Shown here: piece by piece, positions 1 to 9,466 of the stretch
How the letters are laid out: each line of letters opens with the position of its first letter
Position numbering within the stretch: the first letter of the stretch is position 1
Origin: Hyphomicrobiales bacterium
GTDB taxonomy: Bacteria; Pseudomonadota; Alphaproteobacteria; Rhizobiales; Hyphomicrobiaceae
Reading direction: 5' to 3'
DNA: 61,376 nt
Assembly: GCA_038329675.1 (NCBI GenBank)
Contig: JBBQNE010000001.1
Span: 1 to 61,376 of the forward strand
Notes under the pieces: model-generated
What the model saw: the letters and a program-made list of their open reading frames with translations, nothing else
Told to the model about the DNA's origin: nothing
Databases searched by the model: none
Position numbers and translations under genes: made by a program

Positions 1-265
1 ACCCTCGCCCCAACTCCACGCGCTGCGACCGAAGCCAAGCCGTAACCGCGCCGCATCAGCGTCCGCAAACGCGTGCAACGGCGACACGCCGGGTTAAACC
101 CGTAGCAATGGGACCGATGCGGTACGGCTGACACGAGATGCTCGGTCGCCCCGTGATGACGAGCCCGTAGCCGAGCACGTGGAGGTAGCTCTTGGTCTCT
201 CCGACCCGATGCCCAAGCGCGGCACTGGCGTACTGGCGAGACGCGACAAGACCCGCCGTTGCCGC

Positions 266-388
266 CTACCCGACCGCTTCGTCGCAAACGGGCGGTAACG
301 GAGCAACGTCCGATCGCCGAGTTGACTGAGACGAGCAGGCCCCCGCAATTACGGCCGCAGCAATCGCCAAGACATAACAACTACGCAT
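266..388 (-). CDS. possible small lipoprotein (40 aa), hypothetical
   Basis: Internal ATG of ORF 266..481. MRSCYVLAIAAAVIAGAC has a basic n-region, a hydrophobic core and a lipobox-like AGAC. Very short and no family recognised. Confidence 0.2.
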   Translation of the reverse strand: MRSCYVLAIAAAVIAGACSSQSTRRSDVAPLPPVCDEAVG

Positions 389-549
389 TGGCGGCCCCGC
401 GGAAGACGTCTTGCACGTAGCCCCAGCCCACGTAGCCCCAGTCACGGCATGCCGCAGCTGACTGATGCTTGATCGCCCCACGGATGACCTAGCGGCTCAA
501 GAAGGCTCCAACGCGCTCAGCGCGGGGCGTAAAAGAGGCGCGTCGATGG

Positions 550-1350
550 CTAACTAGCCGAACAGGCCATGCTAAACCCGTGATCGGCGACCCACGTGAG
601 CCCCTCAGCGGTGCTGGCTCGCGGTCGGTATTCGCACCCAACGAAGCCGCCGTAACCAAGACGATCAAGCTCGGCCAACAAAAACCGGTAGTTGATTTCA
701 CCGGTTCCAGGTTCGTGGCGCCCAGGATTATCGGCGATTTGGATGTGCCCGATGCGGGGCAACAGCGCGCGGATCGTTTCGGTTAAATCACCGTCCATCA
801 CTTGCGCATGATAGCAATCAAACTGGAGCGCCAAGTTCGCAACGCCAGCTTCCGCGATGATCGATACGGCCTCGCGTGTGCGGCTGAGGTAAAACCCCGG
901 CATATCGCGCGTATTGATCGGCTCGATCAGTAAGCCGATGCCCGCATCCTCGAAAACCCGCGAGGCATGGCGCAAATTGCCAACGAACGTCGCCCGCAAT
1001 AGAGCCGGGTCGACCCCGATCGGCGATAGACCTGCCAGACAGTTGACCAGCCGACAGTCGGTCGCCCGGCAATACGCAACCGTCTGATCAAGGCTCGCGC
1101 GGAACTCCTCAACCCGATCGGGATGACAGGCGATGCCGCGTTCGCCGTCGGCCCACCGGCCATGAGCGACATTCAGCAGCACCGTATCGACACCCGCATC
1201 GCTGGCGGCAGCTGCTAGGACGTCAGCGGGGTGATCGTAAAGGCACACGTACTCGACGGCTTCGAAACCAGCAAACTTTGCCGCAGCGAACCGCTTCAAG
1301 AACGGCAAATCGGGAAACAGAAAGCTGAGATTGGCAGATAACCGAGGCAT
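550..1350 (-). CDS. hyi: hydroxypyruvate isomerase (xylose-isomerase-like TIM barrel)
   Basis: ORF 550..1572 trimmed to the ATG at 1350 (MPRLSANLSFLF). Resembles E. coli Hyi along its full length: GERGIACHP..EEFR, LLIEPIN..DMPGFYL, CYHAQVMDGDL, IQIADNPGRHEPGTGEINY, VGCEYRP...AEGL. Confidence 0.85.
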   Translation of the reverse strand: MPRLSANLSFLFPDLPFLKRFAAAKFAGFEAVEYVCLYDHPADVLAAAASDAGVDTVLLNVAHGRWADGERGIACHPDRVEEFRASLDQTVAYCRATDCRLVNCLAGLSPIGVDPALLRATFVGNLRHASRVFEDAGIGLLIEPINTRDMPGFYLSRTREAVSIIAEAGVANLALQFDCYHAQVMDGDLTETIRALLPRIGHIQIADNPGRHEPGTGEINYRFLLAELDRLGYGGFVGCEYRPRASTAEGLTWVADHGFSMACSAS

Positions 1351-1734
1351 CTCGTCGTCATCCAGACTTCGACGTGTCGGCGGGATCGACCTTGTGAGAG
1401 GCAGGCTTTGGGGTCGGCGACGTGGGCGCGGACGTCGGCTTCTGCGTTTTTGGCTCAGGCTTCGTGCCTTCCCCGCCGTAGCAAACGATATCGCCCCCCG
1501 GTATCTGCTCTTGCCCCAAAATCTGCTCGCGCATGTCGCCTCCCCGTTCGGCGCTCTCGCCAGCGCCCGCATACCCTACACCGTCGGCCGCGCTACCACT
1601 GCGACACTGCCGCGTCCACATCGAACGCACCTGACAGCCTGTGGCCACTCGCTTTCCTATGATCTTAGACTAGAGTCTAAGACGCTGCTGGAAATTGAGC
1701 CCCGGCCCCGCTTCAACCAGGCCTTCCGTCCAAG

Positions 1735-2934
1735 ATGTTGCAAGACGCCGATCGCACCGAGCTGAAAGCCATGCCTGAAACTCTGGCGGAGCATCTGGCC
1801 GCCTGGGAGCGTGGGGCCTGGGAACAGCAGGCCTGGGAACAGCAGGCCTGGGAACAGCAAGCCTGGGAACAGCAAGCCACGGGCACAAACGTCAGCGGTA
1901 GGCGAGCGCCGGTCGCGGCGACAATCCTGGCAATGGCCAACGCCGTTATTGAAATTGCAGCGCTTCTGGCGCTTGGCGCGCTCGCCGGGCCGTTTGGCGC
2001 TAGGACTGGCAAATGGGGCGATACCGACCCCCAGCGCGCCCTTGATGTGATGGCCAACGCCAAGGTCATCGACGCGTTAGCTGGCACTCCAGTCGCTTGG
2101 CTCGTATCGGAAGAACTCGACGAACCGCTAGCACTGGCTGAAGGAGGCCACCTGACGGTCGCCGTTGACCCGCTCGATGGCGCCTCAAACGCCGACACGA
2201 ATGCAGCAATCGGCACGATCTTTGGGGTCTATCCGGCGTCGCGCGTGTCAGTTGATACACGAGACGCTTCTTCCAGCGCCGTACTCGCAGTTGGCGATCA
2301 ACAACTCGCGGCAGGCTTTGCCGTTTACGGTCCCCAGACGGTTCTCGTGCTCACACTGGGTGCTGGAACGCATATCTTTACGCTTGATCCAACCTCGCAT
2401 CGTTTCATACTGACCTCGCCGAACGTTCGTATTCCAAGCAGCGCGCGCGAATTTGCGATCAACGCAGCCAACCACTTTCACTGGGACGAGCCCATCCGCA
2501 GCTACGTCGAGACATGCCTTCGTGGAACCGATGGCGCGCATCACCCCGATCGCCCGCACGACCCAACGACGACAGTTTCGACCGGGCAGAACATGCGCTG
2601 GACTGGTTCGTTTGTCGCAGAAGTCTATCGAATACTGATCCGCGGCGGGACGTATCTCTACCCCAGCGATGCCCGACCGGCATACCGCAACGGACGGCTG
2701 CGGCTGGCCTACGAAGCGGGCCCCGTGGCTTTGATCATCGAACAGGCTGGCGGTGCGGCGTCAAACGGCCGTGTCCGATTACTCGACACGCCCATCGCGC
2801 AATGGCATCAGCGCACACCGGTCTTTGCTGGATCGGCCGACGATGTCGCCCACATTGAACGCCTGCACAGCGACCCATATCCTGTCGGCGAACGGTCGCC
2901 GCTGTTCGCGCGCCGCGGTCTGTTCCGCGTTTGA
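1735..2934 (+). CDS. fbp: fructose-1,6-bisphosphatase class 1 (cbbF-like), with a repeat insertion near the N-terminus
   Basis: Motifs DPLDGASNADTNAAIGTIFGVY, GPQTVLVLT and LRLAYEAGPVALIIEQAGGAASNG. The start could be ATG 1735 or ATG 1771 (MPETLAEHL). Confidence 0.85.
   Translation: MLQDADRTELKAMPETLAEHLAAWERGAWEQQAWEQQAWEQQAWEQQATGTNVSGRRAPVAATILAMANAVIEIAALLALGALAGPFGARTGKWGDTDPQRALDVMANAKVIDALAGTPVAWLVSEELDEPLALAEGGHLTVAVDPLDGASNADTNAAIGTIFGVYPASRVSVDTRDASSSAVLAVGDQQLAAGFAVYGPQTVLVLTLGAGTHIFTLDPTSHRFILTSPNVRIPSSAREFAINAANHFHWDEPIRSYVETCLRGTDGAHHPDRPHDPTTTVSTGQNMRWTGSFVAEVYRILIRGGTYLYPSDARPAYRNGRLRLAYEAGPVALIIEQAGGAASNGRVRLLDTPIAQWHQRTPVFAGSADDVAHIERLHSDPYPVGERSPLFARRGLFRV
1801..1878. repeat. 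15-bp tandem repeat, about 5 copies (gcctgggaacagcaR), in frame within fbp
   Basis: Read directly: one degenerate copy gcctgggagcgtggg, then 4 near-identical copies that differ only g/a at the last base. Encodes AWERG(AWEQQ)4. Confidence 0.95.
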
Positions 2935-2955
2935 GAGCACGGAAATAACCCCCTC

Positions 2956-3828
2956 ATGTCGATCCGGCACCCTATCATTTCCGTCACGGGCTCCAGCGGC
3001 GCGGGTACGACGTCCGTGAAAATGACGTTTGAGCAGATATTCCGGCGTGAAAAGGTCCAGGCCGCCTACATCGATGGCGATGCCTTCCACCGCTACGACC
3101 GCGCTGGCATGCAGCAAGCGACCGCGAAAGCGATTTCCGACGGCAACGATACGTTCAGCCATTTCGGGCTCGAAGCGAACCTAATCGAGGACCTGGAAGC
3201 GACGTTTCAATCCTACGGCGCCAACGGCACTGGGCGTACCCGACGGTATGTGCATGACGACCGGCAAGCGGCGTTAGAAGCAAAGCAGCCTGGCACCTTT
3301 ACTGCGTGGGAACAGATCGAGCCCGGCACGGACTTGTTGTTCTACGAAGGCCTGCACGGCGCCCTCGTAACCGGTCGCTATAATTTGGCCCGCTATGCCG
3401 ATCTCAAAATTGGCGTGGTGCCCGTCATCAACCTCGAATGGATCCAAAAGATCCATCGTGACAAAGACGAGCGCGGCTATTCAACCGAAGCGGTGACGGA
3501 AGCGATCCTGCGACGAATGCCAGATTACGTCCGCTATATTTGCCCGCAGTTTACCGAAACCGACATCAACTTTCAGCGCATCCCAACCGTCGATACGTCG
3601 AACCCGTTCATAGCGAGGTGGATCCCGACGCCCGATGAATCGATGGTCGTTATTCGCTTCCGCCGACCGCAGGGCATAGATTTTGGTTACTTGACCAACA
3701 TGATCGCGGGCAGCTTCATGTCCCGCGCCAATTCGATCGTTATCCCAGGCGGTAAGCTCGATTTGGCAATGCAGCTGATTTTAACGCCGATGATCATGCA
3801 GCTCGTCGAGCGAAAACGGCGGGGCTAG
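2956..3828 (+). CDS. prk: phosphoribulokinase
   Basis: N-terminal P-loop ISVTGSSGAGTTSV, about 290 aa as in bacterial class I PRK, and sits immediately downstream of fbp as in cbbF-cbbP pairs. Confidence 0.9.
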   Translation: MSIRHPIISVTGSSGAGTTSVKMTFEQIFRREKVQAAYIDGDAFHRYDRAGMQQATAKAISDGNDTFSHFGLEANLIEDLEATFQSYGANGTGRTRRYVHDDRQAALEAKQPGTFTAWEQIEPGTDLLFYEGLHGALVTGRYNLARYADLKIGVVPVINLEWIQKIHRDKDERGYSTEAVTEAILRRMPDYVRYICPQFTETDINFQRIPTVDTSNPFIARWIPTPDESMVVIRFRRPQGIDFGYLTNMIAGSFMSRANSIVIPGGKLDLAMQLILTPMIMQLVERKRRG

Positions 3829-3854
3829 GCAACCTGAATTCGCGCAAAACGAAA

Positions 3855-3887
3855 TCAGCGCTCCAAGGATGATCCCTGAGGCGCTGA
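3855..3887. terminator. hairpin between convergent prk and aox (possible bidirectional terminator)
   Basis: tcagcgc(tc)...(gag)gcgctga inverted repeat. No clear U-run on either strand. Confidence 0.3.
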
Positions 3888-3914
3888 AACATTGGCTGTT
3901 GATGTAACTGACGA

Positions 3915-4640
3915 CTACCGACGCGCTTCCGAAGCGGTCTGGAGTGGCGCAGCAGCAGCCCGCTCTTTCGCCGATGTAGCTGGCTTCGGTGTCAGTTCGT
4001 CGGCAAAGCCGTGGTTCACATCACGGTGTTCTGCCTCATCGGCACGGACCGCAATCACGACATCGCGAAGTTTCGCATCGGGTGCCAGCTTCCAATAATC
4101 GATCGCGATTTGCGGAGCAGGCCCATTCTCGATGCGACCAGCATCAATATCATCGAGGTAGGACGTGTAGCTGACCACGGCCTCTTCCTCGAGGTACCCA
4201 ACGAAGCGGTGCGCGACCTTTGGGAAGAAAAGATAGAGCACGAAGAACGCATTAAAGAATACGCCTTGTGCAAATACGATGAGCATCCGCTCAAACCAAT
4301 TCGGCTTGGCGACGTTCAAGAACGTCATCAAGTGCATGCGCTCGTTCGCGGCTTCATTGAGAAGGGTTTGAATCCAGCCTCGATCGTCTTCAAACTTCCG
4401 CAGCGAGCGTAAGTGGACCAACATCCCCCCAACCATACCTGGGACAGCTGCCACGGTTTCGAGGATGACGGCCCGGTGGCCGTAGCGCTTTTTGAAGAAT
4501 GCGTCGGCAAAGAACCGCAGCAGCTTGACCAGGCGCAACGCGAACGCGTCGCCATAAGTCACAGGTTTATAATGCCGAACTTCGAGCGGGCGATCTGCTC
4601 GGGCGGGGGCAATGTTAACGGAGCCAGCGGCGGCCTGCAT
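3915..4640 (-). CDS. aox: alternative oxidase (di-iron ubiquinol oxidase, AOX family)
   Basis: Di-iron carboxylate motifs [22 protein letters not shown] and [12 protein letters not shown]. About 240 aa. Confidence 0.85.
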   Translation of the reverse strand: MQAAAGSVNIAPARADRPLEVRHYKPVTYGDAFALRLVKLLRFFADAFFKKRYGHRAVILETVAAVPGMVGGMLVHLRSLRKFEDDRGWIQTLLNEAANERMHLMTFLNVAKPNWFERMLIVFAQGVFFNAFFVLYLFFPKVAHRFVGYLEEEAVVSYTSYLDDIDAGRIENGPAPQIAIDYWKLAPDAKLRDVVIAVRADEAEHRDVNHGFADELTPKPATSAKERAAAAPLQTASEARR

Positions 4641-4770
4641 GGTTCACTCCAAACGTATGCGTTATGAATAGCTTACGCAAAACATACGGGTCTGCGGCCC
4701 AGGTTTCAACCAGCCAGACCTGCTCCTGTCGCCGCATGTGCGCGACCGCCGCAGCACGTATCACGGCAAA

Positions 4771-5454
4771 CTAATCGTTCAACGACCCGCGAATTTGCAC
4801 ATAGAGCGCGCCGCCGCCGCCGTGCTGTTGCGCCGCCTCCGTATAGCTGACGACAAGGGAGCGCAGTTCGGGCGAGGCCAGCCACATCGGCACATTGCGT
4901 CGCAGAACGCCCGGAGGCTGTGGCCTGTCGAACGACCACGGCTCGGAATCGGCCGAACCGCGTGGGGCGCCTTTGCCTGTAATGACGAGCACATACCGAC
5001 AGCCACGCGCTTGCGCCGACCTTAAGAATGAAAACAGCGCTCCGCGGGCTTCATCTTGACGCATACCGTGAAGATCGATTCGGCCCTCAATCGCGATGCG
5101 TCCGCCCCTGAGGCGCCGAGCGGCTTTTGCTTCAAACGACGGCAACGCGACCCCGCCCTTAGCGTTAGACACCGTGTGGTGCGCTGTCGAAATAGGCTGC
5201 GACACTGGCGGCACGTACGGCGGCAATAAAGGAACCCGGTGCGACACAGTTTTCGGCAATGGCTGCGGTAAAGGTGCAGGCCCAGCGCCCGGCCCCGCGT
5301 CGGGTGAGGCCCTAGGTTCAGCATCGGGGACGGCTGGATGAAAGCGGGCTTTTGCCCGCTCAAGCTTCGACATGCTCAGGGCAGCATAATCCCAAAGCGC
5401 CCGCTCATCGTCGGTCAGCCGTCGCGTGCGCCGTTTGCTCCGCTCCTCAGACAT
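4771..5454 (-). CDS. Smr/MutS2-like domain protein
   Basis: C-terminal Smr domain: IDLHGMRQDEA...VLVITGKG...GVLRRNVPMWL...GGGGALYVQIR. Confidence 0.8.
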   Translation of the reverse strand: MSEERSKRRTRRLTDDERALWDYAALSMSKLERAKARFHPAVPDAEPRASPDAGPGAGPAPLPQPLPKTVSHRVPLLPPYVPPVSQPISTAHHTVSNAKGGVALPSFEAKAARRLRGGRIAIEGRIDLHGMRQDEARGALFSFLRSAQARGCRYVLVITGKGAPRGSADSEPWSFDRPQPPGVLRRNVPMWLASPELRSLVVSYTEAAQQHGGGGALYVQIRGSLND

Positions 5455-5469
5455 CGGTCAAGTCCAGGC

Positions 5470-6546
5470 TCAAGGCCTGGCCTCCCGTGGCAAAAGGACG
5501 AATAAGTTCGCTGCGTGTTTGGTGACGCCAGCCAGTGCCAACGCCGCAGCGCCCGTGCCAAAGTAGACATCGCCGCGTTCGGCGCCCTTAATCGCCGACC
5601 CGACATCGTGCGCAATCATCAGCCTGTGAAACCCCTCACGTTTCACGTGAGTCATTCCCGGTGACGAGGCGTAGATCGGCGTGCCAAGCTCGTGAAACGC
5701 CGTATCAACCGCCAGACTACGGCCGTCGGCTAACGGGGAACCCAGCACCCCGACCGGCGAAGGTCCATCGAGTAGCCGGAAAAATACGAAGCTCTTGTTG
5801 TGCCACAACAGACTACGAGCTGCATCGAGGTTTGCCTTCAGCCACGCCGTCATCGATTGAAGCGTCAGCGTGTCCCGGTCCGCGAGCCCGCGCTCGATCA
5901 TAACCCGGCCGACCGAAGTGTAAGGATGGCCGTTCTTGCCATCGTAGGTCACGCGGATTAATCGGCCATCGGGCAATTGAATGGCACCCGAACCCTGAAC
6001 ATGCAGCAAAAACGCTTCGATCGGGTCGTCGAGCCAAATGAAATCAAGGCCAAGGCCAGCCAACGCCCCGCCTTCGATTTGCTCCCGCGTAGCGTAGGGC
6101 TCCGTGCGTCCATCGCCGCGCCGACGGACATGGGTTAGCCCCTCGGCGGATTTCGCCCCGCGATCGGCTTCCGAAACAACGTTTTCGAGATCGGCCGGCC
6201 GCCGATAGAGCGGAACGATAAACCGTCGGTCAGGCACAAGCGATCCATCGAGAACTGGCTCGTAGTAGCCCGTCAACAGGCCGGCTGGCGCAGCGTGGAC
6301 CACGCGATGAGGCCGAAAGCGCGACTCGAAAAAAGTTCGAGCCGCGTCCGGGCTCGATATCAACGGCTGTTCGCCGAGCGCAGCGCGATAAACGGCGGCG
6401 AGCGGCGGCGGCGTTTGCGGTCTGGCAATGACCACCTCTGCTGCCGTGATCATGGCGTGAAACGCGGGCAGCGGATCATCTTCAAGCCAGAACGGCACTG
6501 CGCCATAATCGACGGGCTGATGGGTCACGGCTGGCGTCGCCATCAT
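5470..6546 (-). CDS. mltA: membrane-bound lytic murein transglycosylase A
   Basis: MltA-type TGYYEPVLDGS, and a C-terminal 3D domain with IAHDVGSAIKGAERGDVYFGTG. Confidence 0.8.
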   Translation of the reverse strand: MMATPAVTHQPVDYGAVPFWLEDDPLPAFHAMITAAEVVIARPQTPPPLAAVYRAALGEQPLISSPDAARTFFESRFRPHRVVHAAPAGLLTGYYEPVLDGSLVPDRRFIVPLYRRPADLENVVSEADRGAKSAEGLTHVRRRGDGRTEPYATREQIEGGALAGLGLDFIWLDDPIEAFLLHVQGSGAIQLPDGRLIRVTYDGKNGHPYTSVGRVMIERGLADRDTLTLQSMTAWLKANLDAARSLLWHNKSFVFFRLLDGPSPVGVLGSPLADGRSLAVDTAFHELGTPIYASSPGMTHVKREGFHRLMIAHDVGSAIKGAERGDVYFGTGAAALALAGVTKHAANLFVLLPREARP

Positions 6547-6570
6547 CGGTGCTCCGTCACGCTCGTATGG

Positions 6571-7320
6571 TCATTGCTCCTGAGTTGCAATCAACCGCCA
6601 ATTGGGGTTCTGGCGAGCACGCGGCGTCGAAACATCACGGCTGAACGTCCACACGTCCGTCACTTCCTTGATCTTTTGCGGATCACCGGCCGTGACGCCA
6701 CCGCGACGGTCGCGAGTTGCGCTGATCAATTGGCTCAAGAAGCGAACGGTGACAGACGCGTTGCCATTTTTGACGTCGGCTTCCGTAATCTCGGATTTCA
6801 AAATGCCAACGAAGCTCTGGTCAATAATTTCGCCGCGTCGATCACGCGCCATGATCTCTCCGTTGAAGGCCTCATAGACCTCCTTGCTGAGCAGGTCTTT
6901 CAGCATTTTCCGGTTCCCCTCGGCGAACGCGGTGACGATCATTTCGTAGGCCTGATTTGCGCCTTTGACGAAGCCAGCGGGGTCGAACGCCGGGTCGAGT
7001 TGATAAATTTCAACGAGCCCGTCTGCAATCGCAGCATCGTTGGGAGCAAACGCGCGAATCCGCTGTTCGGCATCGGCAACTGCCACATCGCCAGTGCCCG
7101 CCGATGCGCCAGCCTCCCGGCGCGGCAATGTAACGACTTTGCCCGGATCGGATGAATTTGCCCCGCCGTTGGCCCCGGCCCGACGCTTGGCCTCGGCTGA
7201 CCGTTCTGCACGCCGCTCTGGCGAACCCGTGTCGGTGCCCAACATGCTGCGCAGCTTTAAAATAACCACGACCGCAACGACAAACGCGATCAGGGTGTAG
7301 ACATCAAACTGGCCGGACAT
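6571..7320 (-). CDS. Tim44-like domain membrane protein
   Basis: N-terminal TM helix, a charged linker, then a C-terminal Tim44-like fold (FDPAGFVKGANQAYEMIVTAFAEGN...WTFSRD...NPNWRLIAT). The pairing with mltA/secB is typical of alphaproteobacteria. Confidence 0.7.
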   Translation of the reverse strand: MSGQFDVYTLIAFVVAVVVILKLRSMLGTDTGSPERRAERSAEAKRRAGANGGANSSDPGKVVTLPRREAGASAGTGDVAVADAEQRIRAFAPNDAAIADGLVEIYQLDPAFDPAGFVKGANQAYEMIVTAFAEGNRKMLKDLLSKEVYEAFNGEIMARDRRGEIIDQSFVGILKSEITEADVKNGNASVTVRFLSQLISATRDRRGGVTAGDPQKIKEVTDVWTFSRDVSTPRARQNPNWRLIATQEQ

Positions 7321-7553
7321 GGGCGAACTCTCTATGTCGTTCAGGCGCCCACCAAGGCAGGGCGGGGCGATGGAACAGTGTCAGTAGCAAATACGTCAGG
7401 TAGGTATACGGTCGCACGGCCGTGAAGATCGGTCGAGCAAACCATTGTCAGCTTGGAATATGGTAGTTTTGGCCCATGTTGCCAACAGCCAAAAGACAAC
7501 CGGTCGGGCCGTAGCCACTGTGGCGGATGGCCACGAACAACGGATGATGAAGG

Positions 7554-8024
7554 ATGCCGCCTGCCGGTTTGATCTTCGCGATCCTATTATTAGCGTTTCC
7601 GTTGCTGGAACTCGCGCTGTTAATCAAAGTCGGAGCAAGCATCGGAGTGCTGGCGACCCTCGGCATTGTGGTGGGCACCGCAGTCATCGGTGTAACAGTG
7701 TTTCAGCAGCAAGGTGCTGGCGTGGCAAGGCGCGCGTTCAAACGCACCAGATCAGGTGAAACGCCCGTCGAACCGTTGATTGAGAGCAGCTTGTTGGCCG
7801 TTGCTGGCGTCCTGTTGATCGCACCGGGGTTGATCACAGACGTCTGCGGCGCGCTGTTGTTGATACCGCCATTGCGGCGCCTGTTGGCGAGAGCGATCAT
7901 ACGCCAAAGCAATGTTACGATCGTGCGTGGAGCCGCCAAAACCGGCCAAAGCAACCGCGATACGATCGATGGCAATTTTGAGCGTCTCGACGAGCGCGAC
8001 CTCGGCAACGACCCTCGCGATTGA
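7554..8024 (+). CDS. fxsA: FxsA family membrane protein
   Basis: LLLAFPLLELALLIKVGASIG...GIVVGTAVIG and LLIAPGLITDVCGALLLIP are typical FxsA sequences. Confidence 0.8.
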   Translation: MPPAGLIFAILLLAFPLLELALLIKVGASIGVLATLGIVVGTAVIGVTVFQQQGAGVARRAFKRTRSGETPVEPLIESSLLAVAGVLLIAPGLITDVCGALLLIPPLRRLLARAIIRQSNVTIVRGAAKTGQSNRDTIDGNFERLDERDLGNDPRD

Positions 8025-8222
8025 TGCCATCTGCTGATTGCAATCCGTGTGTCTGCCCGATTGTGTCCCTGCGACCCGTGACCGTGTGACTCGCGACGTT
8101 GAGACGACTGCCGGTTTGCTGCAGTGCACGCGCTGGGAACCGATTGCTTGGCCGTCGAGCGCATGGTAGCGACCCGCGCTTGAAAGCACGCGGCCGCATG
8201 GCGGCAACACGGGACAGCGCCA

Positions 8223-8744
8223 ATGGCAGACAATACGAACGGTACGGGCGAATCTAAAGGTAACGGCGGCGGTACCGTGGCGGCCAAAGACAGCGCAAAC
8301 CTGCCGATGCAGGCCCAAGTCGTTGGCCAATTTATCCGCGACCTGTCGTTTGAAAATCCAAATGTTCACAAGCTGATAGACGGGCTGACCGAAAGCCCCA
8401 ATCTGAAACTCGAAGTGAACGTCAATGCTGAACGGCTCAAGCAGTCCGACATGTACGAAAGCACCATTCATTTTAATGCGAGCGCCAGTAACAAAGACGG
8501 CACAATTTACATTCTGGAATGCGTCTACGGCGGCATTTTCCGGTTAAAAAACGTGCCGGACCCGGCGCTCGAGCCATTTTTGCTCATCAACTGCCCGACA
8601 ATCCTGTTCCCATTCCTGCGACGGCTCGTTGCCGATATAAGCCGAGAGGGCGGGTTTCCGCCGCTGTTGCTCGATCCGATCGATTTCGCTGGGCTCTATA
8701 TGCGCCGCCAGCAAGAAATGGCCGCTCAACCTGTCAAAAGCTAA
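8223..8744 (+). CDS. secB: protein-export chaperone SecB
   Basis: QFIRDLSFENPN...ECVYGGIFRLKNVP...LLINCPTILFPFLRRLVADISREGGFPPLLLDPIDF. Confidence 0.85.
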   Translation: MADNTNGTGESKGNGGGTVAAKDSANLPMQAQVVGQFIRDLSFENPNVHKLIDGLTESPNLKLEVNVNAERLKQSDMYESTIHFNASASNKDGTIYILECVYGGIFRLKNVPDPALEPFLLINCPTILFPFLRRLVADISREGGFPPLLLDPIDFAGLYMRRQQEMAAQPVKS

Positions 8745-8759
8745 CGCGCTTTGCAGGCG

Positions 8760-9461
8760 TCAGCTGCCGAAACGTTTCCAAATAGCCCTGTCGCCCATGC
8801 CCGAAATAAATGCGGCGTGGGCCTCAAGATCGGCAGGTGATACCAGAGATGGTAGCGGAACCGGCCGCTGGCGCGCGGGCTGACCGGCAGCAGATACATC
8901 GTTGTCGCCCTGCTTTGAGCCCAAAGCCGCAAGTCCTAGTGCTGCTTGCCGCTCGCCCAACAATTCGACGTAGACCTCTGCCAGCAGAATGCTGTCCATG
9001 AGCGCGCCGTGCTTGACCCGTTTCGTGTTGTCAATGCCATAGCGTTTACACAGCGCATCAAGCGTACACGGTGAACCCGGATGCTTCCGCCGCGCCAGCG
9101 TCAGCGTATCGAATACCCGCTCACTACGAATCGCGGGCTTATGCAGACGGGAGAGCTCAGCATTCAAGAAACCGATGTCGAACGAGGCATTGTGAATGAC
9201 AAGCACGTCGCCCCGGATAAAGGATAAAAACCGATCGGCGACTTCAGGAAACCGTGGCTTGTCGCTTAAAAACGCGGTCGTAAGACCATGAACGGCCTCT
9301 GCCTGGGACGGCACATCGCGCTCAGGGTTGATAAAGCAGTGGAATTCCTCGCCCGACCGGATGCCGTTCAACAATTCCACGCATCCAATTTCAACAATGC
9401 GATCACCTCGCAGGGCGTCGAGGCCCGTGGTTTCGGTGTCAAGTACGATTTCGCGTTTCAA
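8760..9461 (-). CDS. dnaQ: DNA polymerase III subunit epsilon
   Basis: Exo motifs REIVLDTETTGLD, LVIHNASFDIGFL and HGALMDSILLAEVY. Confidence 0.9.
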   Translation of the reverse strand: MKREIVLDTETTGLDALRGDRIVEIGCVELLNGIRSGEEFHCFINPERDVPSQAEAVHGLTTAFLSDKPRFPEVADRFLSFIRGDVLVIHNASFDIGFLNAELSRLHKPAIRSERVFDTLTLARRKHPGSPCTLDALCKRYGIDNTKRVKHGALMDSILLAEVYVELLGERQAALGLAALGSKQGDNDVSAAGQPARQRPVPLPSLVSPADLEAHAAFISGMGDRAIWKRFGS

Positions 9462-9466
9462 TCAAG

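Noticed and set aside
1657-1888. Minus-strand ORFs with LLFPG/AVPRP repeats.
   Set aside because: They are reverse-frame translations of the fbp 15-bp tandem repeat.
5640-5655. parS-like CGTTTCACGTGAGTCA inside mltA.
   Set aside because: It has 3 mismatches to the 16-bp consensus, including in the right arm. It is isolated and about 23 kb from the real cluster, so it is probably chance.
6295-7155. Long ORFs antisense to or out of frame with strong genes. Examples: 6295..7155 (+), 7752..8471 (-), 44397..45260 (+), 45836..46477 (-), 48410..49150 (-), 59163..59828 (+), 60719..61306 (-), 13507..14088 (-).
   Set aside because: They overlap genes with clear family motifs. They are Arg/Ala/Pro-rich shadow frames typical of high-GC DNA, and none has a recognisable motif.
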